Under the pieces are notes generated by a model, which searched no databases, was not told where the DNA came from, and saw nothing but the letters and a program-made list of their open reading frames with translations. Source: Gaiellaceae bacterium (GTDB lineage Bacteria > Actinomycetota > Thermoleophilia > Gaiellales > Gaiellaceae). Taken from it: a stretch of DNA of 64,000 nt. The stretch lies in assembly GCA_036260475.1 (NCBI GenBank), contig DATAMX010000060.1, positions 2,010 to 66,009 of the forward strand, read 5' to 3'. The translations under genes and the position numbers were made by a program. Position 1 is the first letter of the stretch; every line of letters begins with the position of its first letter. Below, piece after piece: positions 35,300 through 45,051 of the stretch.

Positions 35300-36907
35300 A
35301 TGAGATTGCGATACTCGCGGGCTCTCGCGGGCGTGCTGGTGCTGCTCATGGTCGCAGCGATCGGCACGACGAGTGCGAGCGGAAAGCCGACTCCGGCTCC
35401 CGCCTACAAGCTCGCGACCGTCGGAGCGTACGGCGGCGAGCCGACCATCGCTTCGAACACGAACGGCGAGCTGTACGACACGACGCCGAGCGGCGGCACG
35501 CTCCTGTACAAGTCGACCAACCACGGCACGACGTGGTCGCAGACGACGACCGCCGATCCGTCCAGCGGCGACGACTGCGTCTTCACCGACCAGTCGAATG
35601 CGGTCTACGAGTGCAACCTCGCCGGCAGCCAATCCACGGGTCCGCTGCAGGCCGACGTCTGGAAGTCGATCGACGACGGCAAGACGTGGATGTACGGCAC
35701 GAACGCGGCCGACATCGTCCTCGGCTCGAACGTGTGTGGAACGAGCTGCTCGCCGTTCGGGGTCGACCGCCAGTGGGGCGCCGCGTACATCCCGCCGGGC
35801 GGCACGACGAACACGGCGACCGTCCTGCTCGCGTACCACGACTTCTTCGGTCCGAGCCAGATCTGGGTGAACGTCTCGAACAACGGCGGCAGCACGTTCG
35901 GCGACCCGACCGACGTCCTGACGCACTTCACCGTGACCAGCGCAGATCAGGCTGCAGTGGCACAGGCCGACTCGGCGTGCAACACCGTGCCGATCGGCGC
36001 GGAGATCGCCCGCGGCGGCCCGCACCCCGGCCGCATGTACGTCTCGTGGATCGCCTCCGACCCGGAGAGCCCGACCACCGGCTGCAACGTGACGATGGTT
36101 CAGTCCTTCCACAATCTGTTCGTCGCCTGGTCGGACGACGGCGGGGCGACCTGGACGCCGCAGCTCGCGTACGACGCAGGCGTGGGCCACGACGCATCGA
36201 CGCCGTTCGCGGCGTTCACGCTGGACACCCAGGGGAATCCGTACATCGGCTTCGCCACACCGGGCCCGAGCGACAATCCGGCCGTCTGCGCGGCGGAGTC
36301 GACCGCCGGAACCGTCCAGTCCGATCCGAGCTGCGCGTACCGCATGTGGGTCGTCTGGTCGAACGACGGAGGCAGCACGTGGGACGGCGGCGGCGGCCTC
36401 GACCCCGGCAGCGCTGCGACCGCCTACGAGGTCGACCCGGGCAGCAGCCCGCAGACCGACGTCTTCCCGGCCATCACCGCAGGCAGCCCGGGCGCGGTCG
36501 ACGTGGCGTGGCTGCGCACGAACGAGATCGAGCCCACCGACACACTCGGCAAGTTCGATGCGGGCGGCTGTGCGGGACCAGGCCCCGCGAACGGCAACCC
36601 GACGTTCTATCCGCCGACGTGCAGCTGGAACCTGTACGCGTCACAGTCACTCAACCTGACGGCGGCACCCGGAAGCGCGACGTGGGCGACGACTCAGGTC
36701 ACGACGACACCGGTGCACATCGGCGACATCTGCAACCTCGGCATCTTCTGCCTCGCTCCTTCGTCGAACCGCAACCTGCTCGACTTCATCAGCGAGACGG
36801 TGGATCCGACGACCGGGCTCGCGCACATCGCCTACGCAGACGACAACACGATGAACAAGCTCATGGCCGCGAACCAGGTCTCCGGCCCGAGCATCCTCAA
36901 GCCCTAG
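35300..36907 (+). CDS. Secreted BNR/Asp-box repeat protein (second copy type)
   Basis: GGAGGAGGA RBS and a signal peptide. Asp-boxes STNHGTTWS, SIDDGKTWM, SNNGGSTFG, SDDGGATWT and SNDGGSTWD. Confidence 0.85.
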   Translation: MRLRYSRALAGVLVLLMVAAIGTTSASGKPTPAPAYKLATVGAYGGEPTIASNTNGELYDTTPSGGTLLYKSTNHGTTWSQTTTADPSSGDDCVFTDQSNAVYECNLAGSQSTGPLQADVWKSIDDGKTWMYGTNAADIVLGSNVCGTSCSPFGVDRQWGAAYIPPGGTTNTATVLLAYHDFFGPSQIWVNVSNNGGSTFGDPTDVLTHFTVTSADQAAVAQADSACNTVPIGAEIARGGPHPGRMYVSWIASDPESPTTGCNVTMVQSFHNLFVAWSDDGGATWTPQLAYDAGVGHDASTPFAAFTLDTQGNPYIGFATPGPSDNPAVCAAESTAGTVQSDPSCAYRMWVVWSNDGGSTWDGGGGLDPGSAATAYEVDPGSSPQTDVFPAITAGSPGAVDVAWLRTNEIEPTDTLGKFDAGGCAGPGPANGNPTFYPPTCSWNLYASQSLNLTAAPGSATWATTQVTTTPVHIGDICNLGIFCLAPSSNRNLLDFISETVDPTTGLAHIAYADDNTMNKLMAANQVSGPSILKP

Positions 36908-36929
36908 CCGGACGCAACGCTCGCCACGG

Positions 36930-36957
36930 TGGGCGCATCCCGCACGGGATGCGCCCA
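36930..36957 (+). terminator. 12-bp perfect hairpin after the BNR gene
   Basis: TGGGCGCATCCC-GCAC-GGGATGCGCCCA lies 23 nt after the stop codon. Confidence 0.65.
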
Positions 36958-37040
36958 TCGCCGGCTGTCAGCCCGCTTCCGCCGCCGCCGGACGGTCGGT
37001 CACGAGCGTGGGCCGCGAGGCTTCCGCCTCGTAGCGGTAG

Positions 37041-37178
37041 AGCACTCCGTCCTCCGCAACGGGCGGCACCGACAACGGCGCACCCGGCCTACGCTGGTAC
37101 CACGCCGACTACTGCGGCGCCTACGTCCTCGATCGCGACGGCAACAACATCGAGGCTGTCTGCCACCAGCCCTCGTAG
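37041..37178 (+). pseudogene. 3' relic of a VOC/glyoxalase-family gene
   Basis: Reads ...ATGGTDNGAPGLRWYHADYCGAYVLDRDGNNIEAVCHQPS*, a typical VOC C-terminus. An in-frame TAG lies at 37038-37040, there is no start codon, and there is no room for the N-terminal half. Confidence 0.7.
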
Positions 37179-37200
37179 CAGCGCCGCGATCGGCTCGACG

Positions 37201-37749
37201 TCAGAAGACGAACGGCACGAGCATCTTCGTCGAGCGCAGATATGCCGGGTATTCGACCGGGAACCGCTCGGACATGTATCGCTCCTCGACCGTCGCGCTG
37301 TAGAGGAAGTAGATGCCGGCCAGGCCGACGGCGGTCAGCCACCACCAGCTCAGCGCCACCGCGGAGCCGACGCCGGCAGTCAGGATGCCCGCGTAGATCG
37401 GGTGGCGCACGAGGCGGTAGGGGCCGGTCGTGACGAGCTCCGGCTCCTCCTTCTGCGTCATCGGTGTGCCCCAGTTGCGTCCGAGGTGCCTCCGGGCCCA
37501 GACGGCGAGCCCCAACCCCGTGGCGAAGAGCGCGAGCCCGGCGCCGGCGCGCCACGGATCCGTGTCGACGCCGTGGCCTCGAAATGCTCCCAGGCGGATC
37601 GCGACGACCACGACGACTGCGATCACGGCTCTGATGCGCAGCTCGCGGGACCACTGCACGCGGCCCCTCTTCATGGAAAGAGCCGCCACGAGCCAGTACA
37701 CCATGAACGCGGCCCATCCCACGGCGACGACGAGCTCGACCGCTCTCAT
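37201..37749 (-). CDS. Isoprenylcysteine carboxyl methyltransferase (ICMT/PEMT)-family membrane methyltransferase
   Basis: Multi-TM protein with the motif LVTTGPYRLVRHPIYAG...EERYM. Confidence 0.82.
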   Translation of the reverse strand: MRAVELVVAVGWAAFMVYWLVAALSMKRGRVQWSRELRIRAVIAVVVVVAIRLGAFRGHGVDTDPWRAGAGLALFATGLGLAVWARRHLGRNWGTPMTQKEEPELVTTGPYRLVRHPIYAGILTAGVGSAVALSWWWLTAVGLAGIYFLYSATVEERYMSERFPVEYPAYLRSTKMLVPFVF

Positions 37750-37916
37750 CGCGACTCATCCTGTCACGAGCGCCTGACGCCTTAGGCGGCGCGCGTCTGG
37801 GGCAGTTCGGCGAGATCGATCTCGTACGGCTCGACGGGCCGGCCGGGCGCATCCGCCCGCCCGGCGGTCGTCGCAGAGTGCACCGGTCGGGTCGACCGGG
37901 CCGGCGTTGACTGAAG

Positions 37917-37945
37917 TTGAGATTCGGCGCTGCCAGCGTCATGAT
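37917..37945 (+). promoter_or_regulatory. Putative promoter (-35 TTGAGA, 17-nt spacer, -10 CATGAT) placing the TSS next to the ATG at 37955
   Basis: TTGAGA-N17-CATGAT is followed 9 nt later by the ATG, with no SD. This would give a leaderless or near-leaderless mRNA. Confidence 0.3.
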
Positions 37946-37954
37946 TCGCGGCCC

Positions 37955-38368
37955 ATGGACTTCGTTGTCGAGGCGAGCTACCCGGACGAGGCCCAGGACC
38001 TCACCGTCACGCTCTCGGGTGTGGCCAGTCTGGATGGGTTCCGTCGCCTCGTCACCGTGCTCGCCGACGACCCACGCGCGCACGCGGGGATGCTCCTGCT
38101 CGTCGACCTCACCGATCTCAACATGACGAGCCTCGACGGCGAGGACATGGAGGCGGTCGCGGTGCTCTTGAGCGAGCGGGACTGGGAGCAGCCGGCACGG
38201 GCCGTGGCATATGTCGCGCGCGATCCGTCGACGGTGCAAGCGGCGACCCACGTGCGTGCCCACCTCGGCGGCACGATCTCCAACCGCCGCATCTTCACCG
38301 CGAGGGCCGACGCGGTTACCTGGCTTCGTCAGCACAGTCGAGGCTCCGCAACCGAAACGCGCAGCTGA
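37955..38368 (+). CDS. Hypothetical protein (STAS-like fold possible)
   Basis: The ORF is open from a TTG at 37907. The internal ATG (MDFVVEAS...) is preferred because of the promoter geometry. High GC3. Confidence 0.55.
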   Translation: MDFVVEASYPDEAQDLTVTLSGVASLDGFRRLVTVLADDPRAHAGMLLLVDLTDLNMTSLDGEDMEAVAVLLSERDWEQPARAVAYVARDPSTVQAATHVRAHLGGTISNRRIFTARADAVTWLRQHSRGSATETRS

Positions 38369-38418
38369 CCGACGCAGCACAGCGTAGAGTCCTGGCACAA
38401 AACGCAAGGAGGCCGAGC

Positions 38419-38718
38419 ATGGCAGTGGCAGTGATCCAGGAATTTCCGATCGAGGGTGACGACCGGACGACCACGAATTACGACCGCGTGCAAGAGGCGC
38501 TCGACGCGCGCGCCAACCCGCCTGCCGGTGGAATGGTTCACACAGCAGGATTCGACGAGGAAGCCGGGGTCTTCCGCATCTTCGACGTGTGGGAGAGCCA
38601 GGAGGCGTGGGAGGCGTTCTTGAACGACCGTCTGATGCCGATCGTACGGCCCATGATGGAACAGGGTGGGCGACCACCCGAGACCCGCGTCTACGAGCTT
38701 CACGACTTCATGGGGTAG
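38419..38718 (+). CDS. Small ABM-like protein, paralog of 34150..34458
   Basis: AAGGAGG RBS. 99 aa with FDVWESQEAWEAFLNDRLMP. Confidence 0.72.
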   Translation: MAVAVIQEFPIEGDDRTTTNYDRVQEALDARANPPAGGMVHTAGFDEEAGVFRIFDVWESQEAWEAFLNDRLMPIVRPMMEQGGRPPETRVYELHDFMG

Positions 38719-38760
38719 CAGTCGATCGCTCCGGCCGGACACCGACGCCCTGGGCTCTCG

Positions 38761-40983
38761 GTGCTAATGCCGGAGGCGCCACGAGCCGATGATCGTGCTG
38801 CGGCCTGCGGCTTCTCGGGCTGCCTCACCCCGACCGCCACCCGGATGCATCTTCGAGCCCACGAACACTCGAACGCCGCCGAGCTCGCGCTCGTCGACCT
38901 GCCGCGGAGGTTCGAGAGCCTGGTCGAGAGCATCCCCGCGATCGTTGGGTACATGGACCTCGTCGACCGAGACGATCCCGGCCACTCGATCCCGTTGTAC
39001 ATCAGTCCGCAGATCGAAGATCTGATGGGGTATCCGCGCGAGGCGTGGCTGAACGACGACGAGCTCTGGCTGCGCGTGCTTCATCCTGAGGACGCCGAGC
39101 GGATGGTGCACGAGGACGCGCGAGCGCGGCGCACATTGTCATCGCTTCTCGCCGAATACCGGATGATCGCCCGTGACGGCCGCGTTGTCTGGGTCAGCGA
39201 GAAGGCGACGGTCGTCGAGGACGCGACCAGCGGTCTCATCTATTGGCAGGGCGTGATGGTCGACATGACCGAGCGCAAGCGTGCGGAGGAGCAGCTCGCA
39301 GCGAGCGAGCGACAGTTTCGGTCGATCTTCGATGCTGCATCCATCGGCGTCATGACGCTCGGGTTGGACAGCCGGATCCTGGAGGCGAATCCCATGTTGG
39401 AACGGGTATGCGACTACCCGTCCGGCGGTTTGCACGGCCGGCCGCTCGGGGACTACCTCGAGGCCGACGACGGCGTCGGTCTCCAGTTCGACGAGCTCGT
39501 GGCAGGCCACCGTGACCGCTGCCGAATCGAGCATCGCTTCCGGCGCCGGGACGAGTCGCGGATGTGGTGCAGGACGGTGATGACGTTGGTGCGAGACGCC
39601 GCACAGAGGCCCGCACACGTCGTCGCGATGCTCGAAGACATCAGCGATCGCAAGCAGGCCGAGGTCGATCTCCTCCACCGTACGCTGCACGACTCGCTCA
39701 CCGAGCTGCCCAACCGGATCTGCTTCCACGACGCGGTCACTCGCGCAATCGGAGAAGCACGGGCGGGCGAAGAGCTCGCGGTTCTGCTGATCGACCTCGA
39801 CCGCTTCAAGGAAGTCAACGACACACTCGGACATCACTACGGCGACCGACTTCTCTGCGAGTTCGCGGGCGCGCTGAGCCGGCACCTTCGCCCGCCGGAC
39901 ACGGTCGCGCGACTCGGCGGCGACGAGTTCGGCGTGCTCCTGCAGGTTGCGGGAGACGCCACCATCGCAGCTAAGAGCGCGGTGGCGCGCATCGAAACGC
40001 TTCTTGCGGCGCCCTACCAGGTAGAGGGTCTGCCCCTGAGCGTGGAAGCCAGCATCGGTATCGCACGGTTCCCGCAGGACGGCAGCGACGTCACGGAGCT
40101 GCTTCAGCATGCCGACATCGCCATGTATGTCGCCAAGGCGAGCGGCTCGGGCCACGCCTTCTACGAGGCGAGCGACAACGGACACGATCGGCGCCGGCTC
40201 GGCTTGTTGGGCGAGCTACGGCGTGCCATCAGCGAACGCGAGCTCGTGCTCCACTACCAGCCAAAGCTCGATCTGAGAACGAAACGGCTCGATCGCGTTG
40301 AAGCGCTCGTCCGCTGGCAGCACCCGACCCTCGGGCTGCTGCCGCCCGCCGAGTTCATCCCGCTTGCCGAACAGACCGGATTGATCAACCCTCTCACGCT
40401 CTACGTGCTCGACGAGGCGCTTGACCAGTGCCGACGATGGCTCGCCGAGGGAAGGGAGATCAGCGTCTCCGTCAACGTGTCGCCGCGCAGTCTCAACGAC
40501 GGCGGGTTCCCGGCTGCGGTCGCAGAGCGGCTGCGCGACAACCAAGTCCCGGCCGAGAGACTGCTGCTCGAGGTGACCGAGAGTGCGATCATCTTCGACC
40601 CGGCGCGCGCCGAGGCAACCTTGCGCACGCTCAGCGGGCTCGGTGTACGGCTCGCCCTCGACGACTTCGGGACCGGTCACTCCTCGTTGACGTTGCTCGG
40701 CCGGCTGCCGCTCGACCAGATCAAGATCGACCGCTCCTTCGTCACCAACCTCATGACCAACCCCGGCAACGACGTGATCGTGCGCTCGATCATCAGCCTC
40801 GGCCATCAACTCGGCTTGGAGGTCGTCGGCGAGGGCGTCGAGACGGTTGAGGTCACAGCCCGCCTGCAGCAGTACGGCTGCGACATTCTCCAGGGCTACA
40901 CGCTCACGCCGCCGCTACCGGCGAACGAGCTCGAGCACTGGCTCGAGACGCAACGGCTGGAACAACCGAACGTCGCGAGCTGA
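38761..40983 (+). CDS. PAS-PAS-GGDEF-EAL signalling protein (cyclic-di-GMP turnover)
   Basis: PAS-like segments are followed by GGDEF (ARLGGDEFGVLL) and EAL (VEALVRWQHP...DDFGTGHSSL...KIDRSFV) domains. The start is uncertain (38761 GTG, 38767 ATG or 38845 ATG). Confidence 0.88.
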   Translation: MLMPEAPRADDRAAACGFSGCLTPTATRMHLRAHEHSNAAELALVDLPRRFESLVESIPAIVGYMDLVDRDDPGHSIPLYISPQIEDLMGYPREAWLNDDELWLRVLHPEDAERMVHEDARARRTLSSLLAEYRMIARDGRVVWVSEKATVVEDATSGLIYWQGVMVDMTERKRAEEQLAASERQFRSIFDAASIGVMTLGLDSRILEANPMLERVCDYPSGGLHGRPLGDYLEADDGVGLQFDELVAGHRDRCRIEHRFRRRDESRMWCRTVMTLVRDAAQRPAHVVAMLEDISDRKQAEVDLLHRTLHDSLTELPNRICFHDAVTRAIGEARAGEELAVLLIDLDRFKEVNDTLGHHYGDRLLCEFAGALSRHLRPPDTVARLGGDEFGVLLQVAGDATIAAKSAVARIETLLAAPYQVEGLPLSVEASIGIARFPQDGSDVTELLQHADIAMYVAKASGSGHAFYEASDNGHDRRRLGLLGELRRAISERELVLHYQPKLDLRTKRLDRVEALVRWQHPTLGLLPPAEFIPLAEQTGLINPLTLYVLDEALDQCRRWLAEGREISVSVNVSPRSLNDGGFPAAVAERLRDNQVPAERLLLEVTESAIIFDPARAEATLRTLSGLGVRLALDDFGTGHSSLTLLGRLPLDQIKIDRSFVTNLMTNPGNDVIVRSIISLGHQLGLEVVGEGVETVEVTARLQQYGCDILQGYTLTPPLPANELEHWLETQRLEQPNVAS

Positions 40984-41050
40984 CTCGGGTCGCGCTCCCC
41001 GGCGAGCTCTCATCGGGGTTTGGATCGCGGACTGCGCGAGCGTGCGCGGG

Positions 41051-41740
41051 CTATCTGAGGTTGGCGTGAAGGAGGGCTCGGACCATCTGAGCCGAGGCTA
41101 GGCGGCTGTATTGGCTGGCTGCCTGGCTTTCCAAGCCACTGCCGAAGACGGAAGAAACGGCGCGGCCGTGACGGTAGACGAACACCGTCGCCTCGACCGG
41201 CAGCTGACGACCGTTTGCTCTCACCAGCAGCTGCGCGTCCCAGGCTCTGGCCCGCAGCCCCCCGACAGCGAAGCTGATCGGAGTGACCTTCTTCTTCAGG
41301 ACGACCGCATTCGTGCCGGCGGCCTGCTTCGCCACCGATGCAACGCAGCGGCCGGCTCCCGGGGCCGTCTCGAGCGCCTGCGCCCTCGCAGCCTGGGCCG
41401 ACGAGACGTACACCTCGGCCTCAGAGGTGAAGAGCAGCCCTTCGCTCCGGTCGGTGAGCAGATCGCCATACACCTCGGCCGTCTCGGTGAGAGCACGAAG
41501 GTTCGGATCGAAACCCGCGCACGAGCCGGAGTTGCTAAGCGGAGAAGTGCCAGACGGCGAAGCCTGAAAGCGGCTCCCGAGTATCGCTCGATTCAGCAGG
41601 AGCGACTTCGCCGCGCGGACGTCCGACGCGGTCGGGTGCAAGATCGGACTGTTCGGATCGCGGCTTGCGACAGCCACCAACGGGGCCAGCAAGAACACGC
41701 CAGCCAGGACAAAGGAAATGCGAACAGCAGACCGGATCAC
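41051..41740 (-). CDS. Secreted hypothetical protein
   Basis: Signal/anchor MIRSAVRISFVLAGVFLLAPLVAVA. 229 aa with high GC3. Confidence 0.65.
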   Translation of the reverse strand: MIRSAVRISFVLAGVFLLAPLVAVASRDPNSPILHPTASDVRAAKSLLLNRAILGSRFQASPSGTSPLSNSGSCAGFDPNLRALTETAEVYGDLLTDRSEGLLFTSEAEVYVSSAQAARAQALETAPGAGRCVASVAKQAAGTNAVVLKKKVTPISFAVGGLRARAWDAQLLVRANGRQLPVEATVFVYRHGRAVSSVFGSGLESQAASQYSRLASAQMVRALLHANLR

Positions 41741-41962
41741 CGCGCTTTACCCCGATCAGAGCCTACAGCGCTTTGTCGAGAAAGCGACAGGCACGTTGCC
41801 GATCGAAATCAGGTCGTGCGGCGGCGTTCCGCTGGTTTCAGCCAGAGCATCGGGCGGTCGTCTGCGCCAGCATTCAGGAGTGTCCCCTGACGAGCGGAGT
41901 GGTGGTGTTCGTGGCCCACCCGCGGATGCGGCATTCGTTGCCGTCTGTGTTGGTGTTAGATC

Positions 41963-42886
41963 GTGGTTGTGACCGCCGTGGCTGAGCCGTTACGAGTCGT
42001 GCTCGCTCCGGACGGGCGCGAGGTGGCGTTTGCGGTCTGGGGCGATCCGTCGGGCTTTCCGGTGCAGTCGTTGCATGGGACGCCGGGCTGCCGCCTGCAG
42101 CGCTGGCCGGACGAGGAGCTGTACGCGAGCCTCGGCGTTTGCCTGGTGACTCATGACCGACCGGGCTACGGACGCTCGACGAGGCGTCGGGGACGGAGCA
42201 TCGTCGACGAGGTGGACGATGTGAGCGTGATCGCGGACGCGCTCGACCACGATCGGTTCGGAGTGATGGGCGGGTCCGGAGGCGGCCCGCACGTGCTTGC
42301 CTGCGCCGCTCGTCTCTCGGACCGTGTGGTCAGAGCGATCTGCACGGTCGGGCCGACGCCGTACGGGCCGCCGGGGCTCGACGACGACGCCTGGTTCGAC
42401 GGGATGGATCCCGAGAACGTGCGGGAGTTCACCGTCGCGCTCGAAGGAGAGGAGGCGCTCGTCCCGGACATCGAGCGCTCGCAGGCAAAGGCGGAAGCGC
42501 GGGTAGCCGTCGACCCCGCGACTCTCTTCGACGACTTCGAGCTGAGCGACTCCGACCGCGCACAACTTGCACGGCCGGAGCTCGTGCAGATCATCCGTGA
42601 GTCGACCGCCGAATGGGCGGCAAACGGCGTCTACGGATGGGCGGACGACGATCTCGCCCTCGTTCAACCCTGGGGGTTCGACGTCTCGGAGATCACCGTG
42701 CCGGTTCTCATCCGCTACGGCATCACCGACGTCCTCGTCCCGAGAGCGCACGGTGACTGGCTCGCGGCCAATGTCCCCGGTTGCGTGGTGAAGATCGACG
42801 ATGCCGCCGGCCATCTGGGCCGCGACCCGGTCGAAGAGATCACCGAGAACATGCGCTGGATCCGCGACGGGACACCACCCGCCTGA
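41963..42886 (+). CDS. Alpha/beta hydrolase
   Basis: HGTPG oxyanion region and a nucleophile elbow GGSGGG. 307 aa. Confidence 0.82.
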   Translation: MVVTAVAEPLRVVLAPDGREVAFAVWGDPSGFPVQSLHGTPGCRLQRWPDEELYASLGVCLVTHDRPGYGRSTRRRGRSIVDEVDDVSVIADALDHDRFGVMGGSGGGPHVLACAARLSDRVVRAICTVGPTPYGPPGLDDDAWFDGMDPENVREFTVALEGEEALVPDIERSQAKAEARVAVDPATLFDDFELSDSDRAQLARPELVQIIRESTAEWAANGVYGWADDDLALVQPWGFDVSEITVPVLIRYGITDVLVPRAHGDWLAANVPGCVVKIDDAAGHLGRDPVEEITENMRWIRDGTPPA

Positions 42887-42982
42887 CCGGCCGCGAGCCG
42901 CTCCCCCGATCGTCGCACTTGGCAGCGCCGGTGGGGCGACACTCAGATGCGCCGGCGTTCGAGACGATGCTCCTATGACTTG

Positions 42983-43159
42983 TCAAGTCATGGGTGGTTG
43001 CTGTTGTTGTTCGAGGAGTCGGTAGAGGTGGCGGGCGAGGGAGCGCTTCAGTAGCCGGGTGGCGTCGCGGCGGCTCTTGCCTTCGGCGATGCGGCGGGCG
43101 ATGTAGTCCAGGACGGCCCGGCTTCCATGCGAGGCGTTCTCGACGGCGAGGCGCGTGCC
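42983..43159 (-). mobile_element. C-terminal relic of an IS110-family transposase
   Basis: ...RAVLDYIARRIAEGKSRRDATRLLKRSLARHLYRLLEQ matches the conserved IS110 C-terminus (..AEGK....A.R.LKR.LA...YR.L). No catalytic N-terminal part is present. The 17-nt palindrome ATGACTTGTCAAGTCAT spans the stop codon. Confidence 0.65.
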
Positions 43160-43211
43160 GCAGCTTCGCCGAGCGCCTCCACACTCCCCGATGCCGGCGC
43201 GCTTGTCCCGC

Positions 43212-43646
43212 TCATGCGTCGAGCAGCAACCGCTGGAGCACGGCGTCCACGCGTGCGAATCCACCCTTTGCGCCTTCCTCGACGCCGTACTGCATCGTCG
43301 TGTCGCGCTCTTCGGTCGAGCCGAAGCGCATCGTCTGCGTCAGCTTCGTCCGGTCGCCGAGATCCTCGAACTCGAGCGTCTGCAGATGATTCTGGAACGT
43401 CTGCACGAGCCGCTCGGGCGCATCGACCTCGCGGAACTCGCCTTCGACGACGCCGTACTGTGTCTTGAAGCGGTACGTGCCGCCCGGGCGCACGTCCATC
43501 TCCTCGACGACCGTGCCCTCGCCCCACCATTCGGGAATGAGCGCCGGATCGGTCCAGACGGAGAAGACGTGCGCGCGCGGCGCATCGAAGATCCGCTCGA
43601 CGCGGATCTCGACCTCGCTCGGAGTGGTGACGGTCGTCTCGTTCAT
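43212..43646 (-). CDS. SRPBCC/AHSA1-family protein
   Basis: EIRVERIFDAPRAHVFSVWTDPALIPEWWG. 144 aa. Last gene of an ArsR-DUF1801-SRPBCC operon. Confidence 0.82.
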   Translation of the reverse strand: MNETTVTTPSEVEIRVERIFDAPRAHVFSVWTDPALIPEWWGEGTVVEEMDVRPGGTYRFKTQYGVVEGEFREVDAPERLVQTFQNHLQTLEFEDLGDRTKLTQTMRFGSTEERDTTMQYGVEEGAKGGFARVDAVLQRLLLDA

Positions 43647-43647
43647 C

Positions 43648-44064
43648 TCAGCGCACCGCCTTCTTCACGAGGGCGCTGATCTTCGCCTCGTCCGCTGCGG
43701 TCAGCTTCGGCAGGGCCCACGCAGTCGGCCACATGGAGCCTTCGTCGAGCGTCGCGCTGTCGTTGAAGCCGAACGTCGCGTACCGATCCTTGAATTTGCC
43801 GGCATCGCGGAAGAAGCACACGACCTTGCCGTCCTTTGCATACGCGGGCATCCCGTACCACGTCTTCGGCGTGAGGTCCGGAGCAGCGGCCTTGATGAGC
43901 TCGTGGAGCTTCTTGGCGATGGCGCGGTCGCCGGGCGACATCTTGGCGATCGCGTCGCGCACGGCGGTCTCTCCGTCGGCCTGCTCCTTCAGCTCTTTCG
44001 CGCGGGCCTTCATCGCGGCCTTTTCCTCGGCCGTGAAGCCGGCCTTCTTCCTGGTAGTGCTCAT
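43648..44064 (-). CDS. DUF1801 (YdhG-like) protein
   Basis: ...[36 protein letters not shown]. The ATG overlaps the ArsR stop (ATGA). Confidence 0.8.
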   Translation of the reverse strand: MSTTRKKAGFTAEEKAAMKARAKELKEQADGETAVRDAIAKMSPGDRAIAKKLHELIKAAAPDLTPKTWYGMPAYAKDGKVVCFFRDAGKFKDRYATFGFNDSATLDEGSMWPTAWALPKLTAADEAKISALVKKAVR

Positions 44065-44372
44065 CGAGCCCCTTTCGTACGTTCGACGACGGCTGCAAAA
44101 CGGTCGAGCCGCTGCAACCACGTGCTGATGCCCTCGAAGGCGTACGGCGCAAGCATGCAGCTCCGGACACGGCCGACCTTCTCCGTCGTCACGAGCTCCG
44201 CCTCCTCGAGCAGCCTGATGTGCTTCTTCATCCCGGTCAGCGACATGCCGAAGGGCGCGGCCAGCTCGCTGATCGTCGCCCGCCCGGAACCGAGCCGTTC
44301 GAGGACGGCCCGGCGCGTGGGGTCGGCGAGGGCTGCGAACGCCCGGTCGACTGCGGCCTGATGCTGAACCAT
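44061..44372 (-). CDS. ArsR/SmtB-family transcriptional regulator
   Basis: [50 protein letters not shown]. The start is taken at MVQHQ; the track ORF begins 9 codons upstream. Confidence 0.85.
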   Translation of the reverse strand: MVQHQAAVDRAFAALADPTRRAVLERLGSGRATISELAAPFGMSLTGMKKHIRLLEEAELVTTEKVGRVRSCMLAPYAFEGISTWLQRLDRFAAVVERTKGAR

Positions 44373-44381
44373 TAGGTTCAG
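44364..44381. promoter_or_regulatory. Inverted repeat CTGAACC-ATTA-GGTTCAG overlapping the ArsR start codon (candidate auto-operator)
   Basis: Perfect 7-bp arms with a 4-nt spacer. The ATG of MVQHQ sits inside the repeat. Confidence 0.45.
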
Positions 44382-44427
44382 TATAGCAAGCCTCGACAAC
44401 GCTCGCCCGTCCGGGCCGAGAGGCCCG

Positions 44428-44955
44428 TTACGGGAGCCAGCCGTCGCGGTAGGCGACGCGCTCCTCGGGGCCGAGGGACGCGTAGGCCGCGTCCGGGTCG
44501 GACGTCTCCTCCGTGACGCTCGCGCCGTGCCTCGCCGCCGCCTCGTTCACCGGATAGACGACCTCGAAGCCGCCGGAACGGCTGCCGGCCATGACGATCA
44601 CGCACGGCTCGTCGCCGGCGCCGACGAAGACATGGTGCGTCCACGGCGGGCAGTGGACGAAGTCCCAGGCTTTCAGCGGGCGCTCCTGCCCTTCGATCAC
44701 GAGCACGCACTCGCCGGCGACGACAAGGAAGCCCTCCTGACCGCGCTCCCGGTGGTACATGCCGTTCCGCTGCCCGGGCATGAGCACGTGGATGCGGAAG
44801 CCGAGCTGGCTCCACTCCTGGCCGCCTTCGAAGTCCGTGTCCTGTCCGCGGGCCTCGCTGTGGATCCACGAGGCCTCGCGCGCGTTGAGGACGAACCAGC
44901 CCTCGCCCTGCGGGATGAGCCCCTTTTCGGTCGTCTTCAGCTCCGCCTCGGCCAT
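44428..44955 (-). CDS. Cupin domain protein
   Basis: 175 aa with the cupin core MYHRERGQEGFLVVAGECVLVIEG...WDFVHCPPWTHHVF. Confidence 0.8.
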   Translation of the reverse strand: MAEAELKTTEKGLIPQGEGWFVLNAREASWIHSEARGQDTDFEGGQEWSQLGFRIHVLMPGQRNGMYHRERGQEGFLVVAGECVLVIEGQERPLKAWDFVHCPPWTHHVFVGAGDEPCVIVMAGSRSGGFEVVYPVNEAAARHGASVTEETSDPDAAYASLGPEERVAYRDGWLP

Positions 44956-45051
44956 CGCAGGATCGTCGCACGAATCTCCAGCCGGTCCCGTGACGACCGC
45001 GCACGGCCCGGCGGGCGCCGGCCTCGCGGCGCCCGCCGTGTCGAGCCCTAC

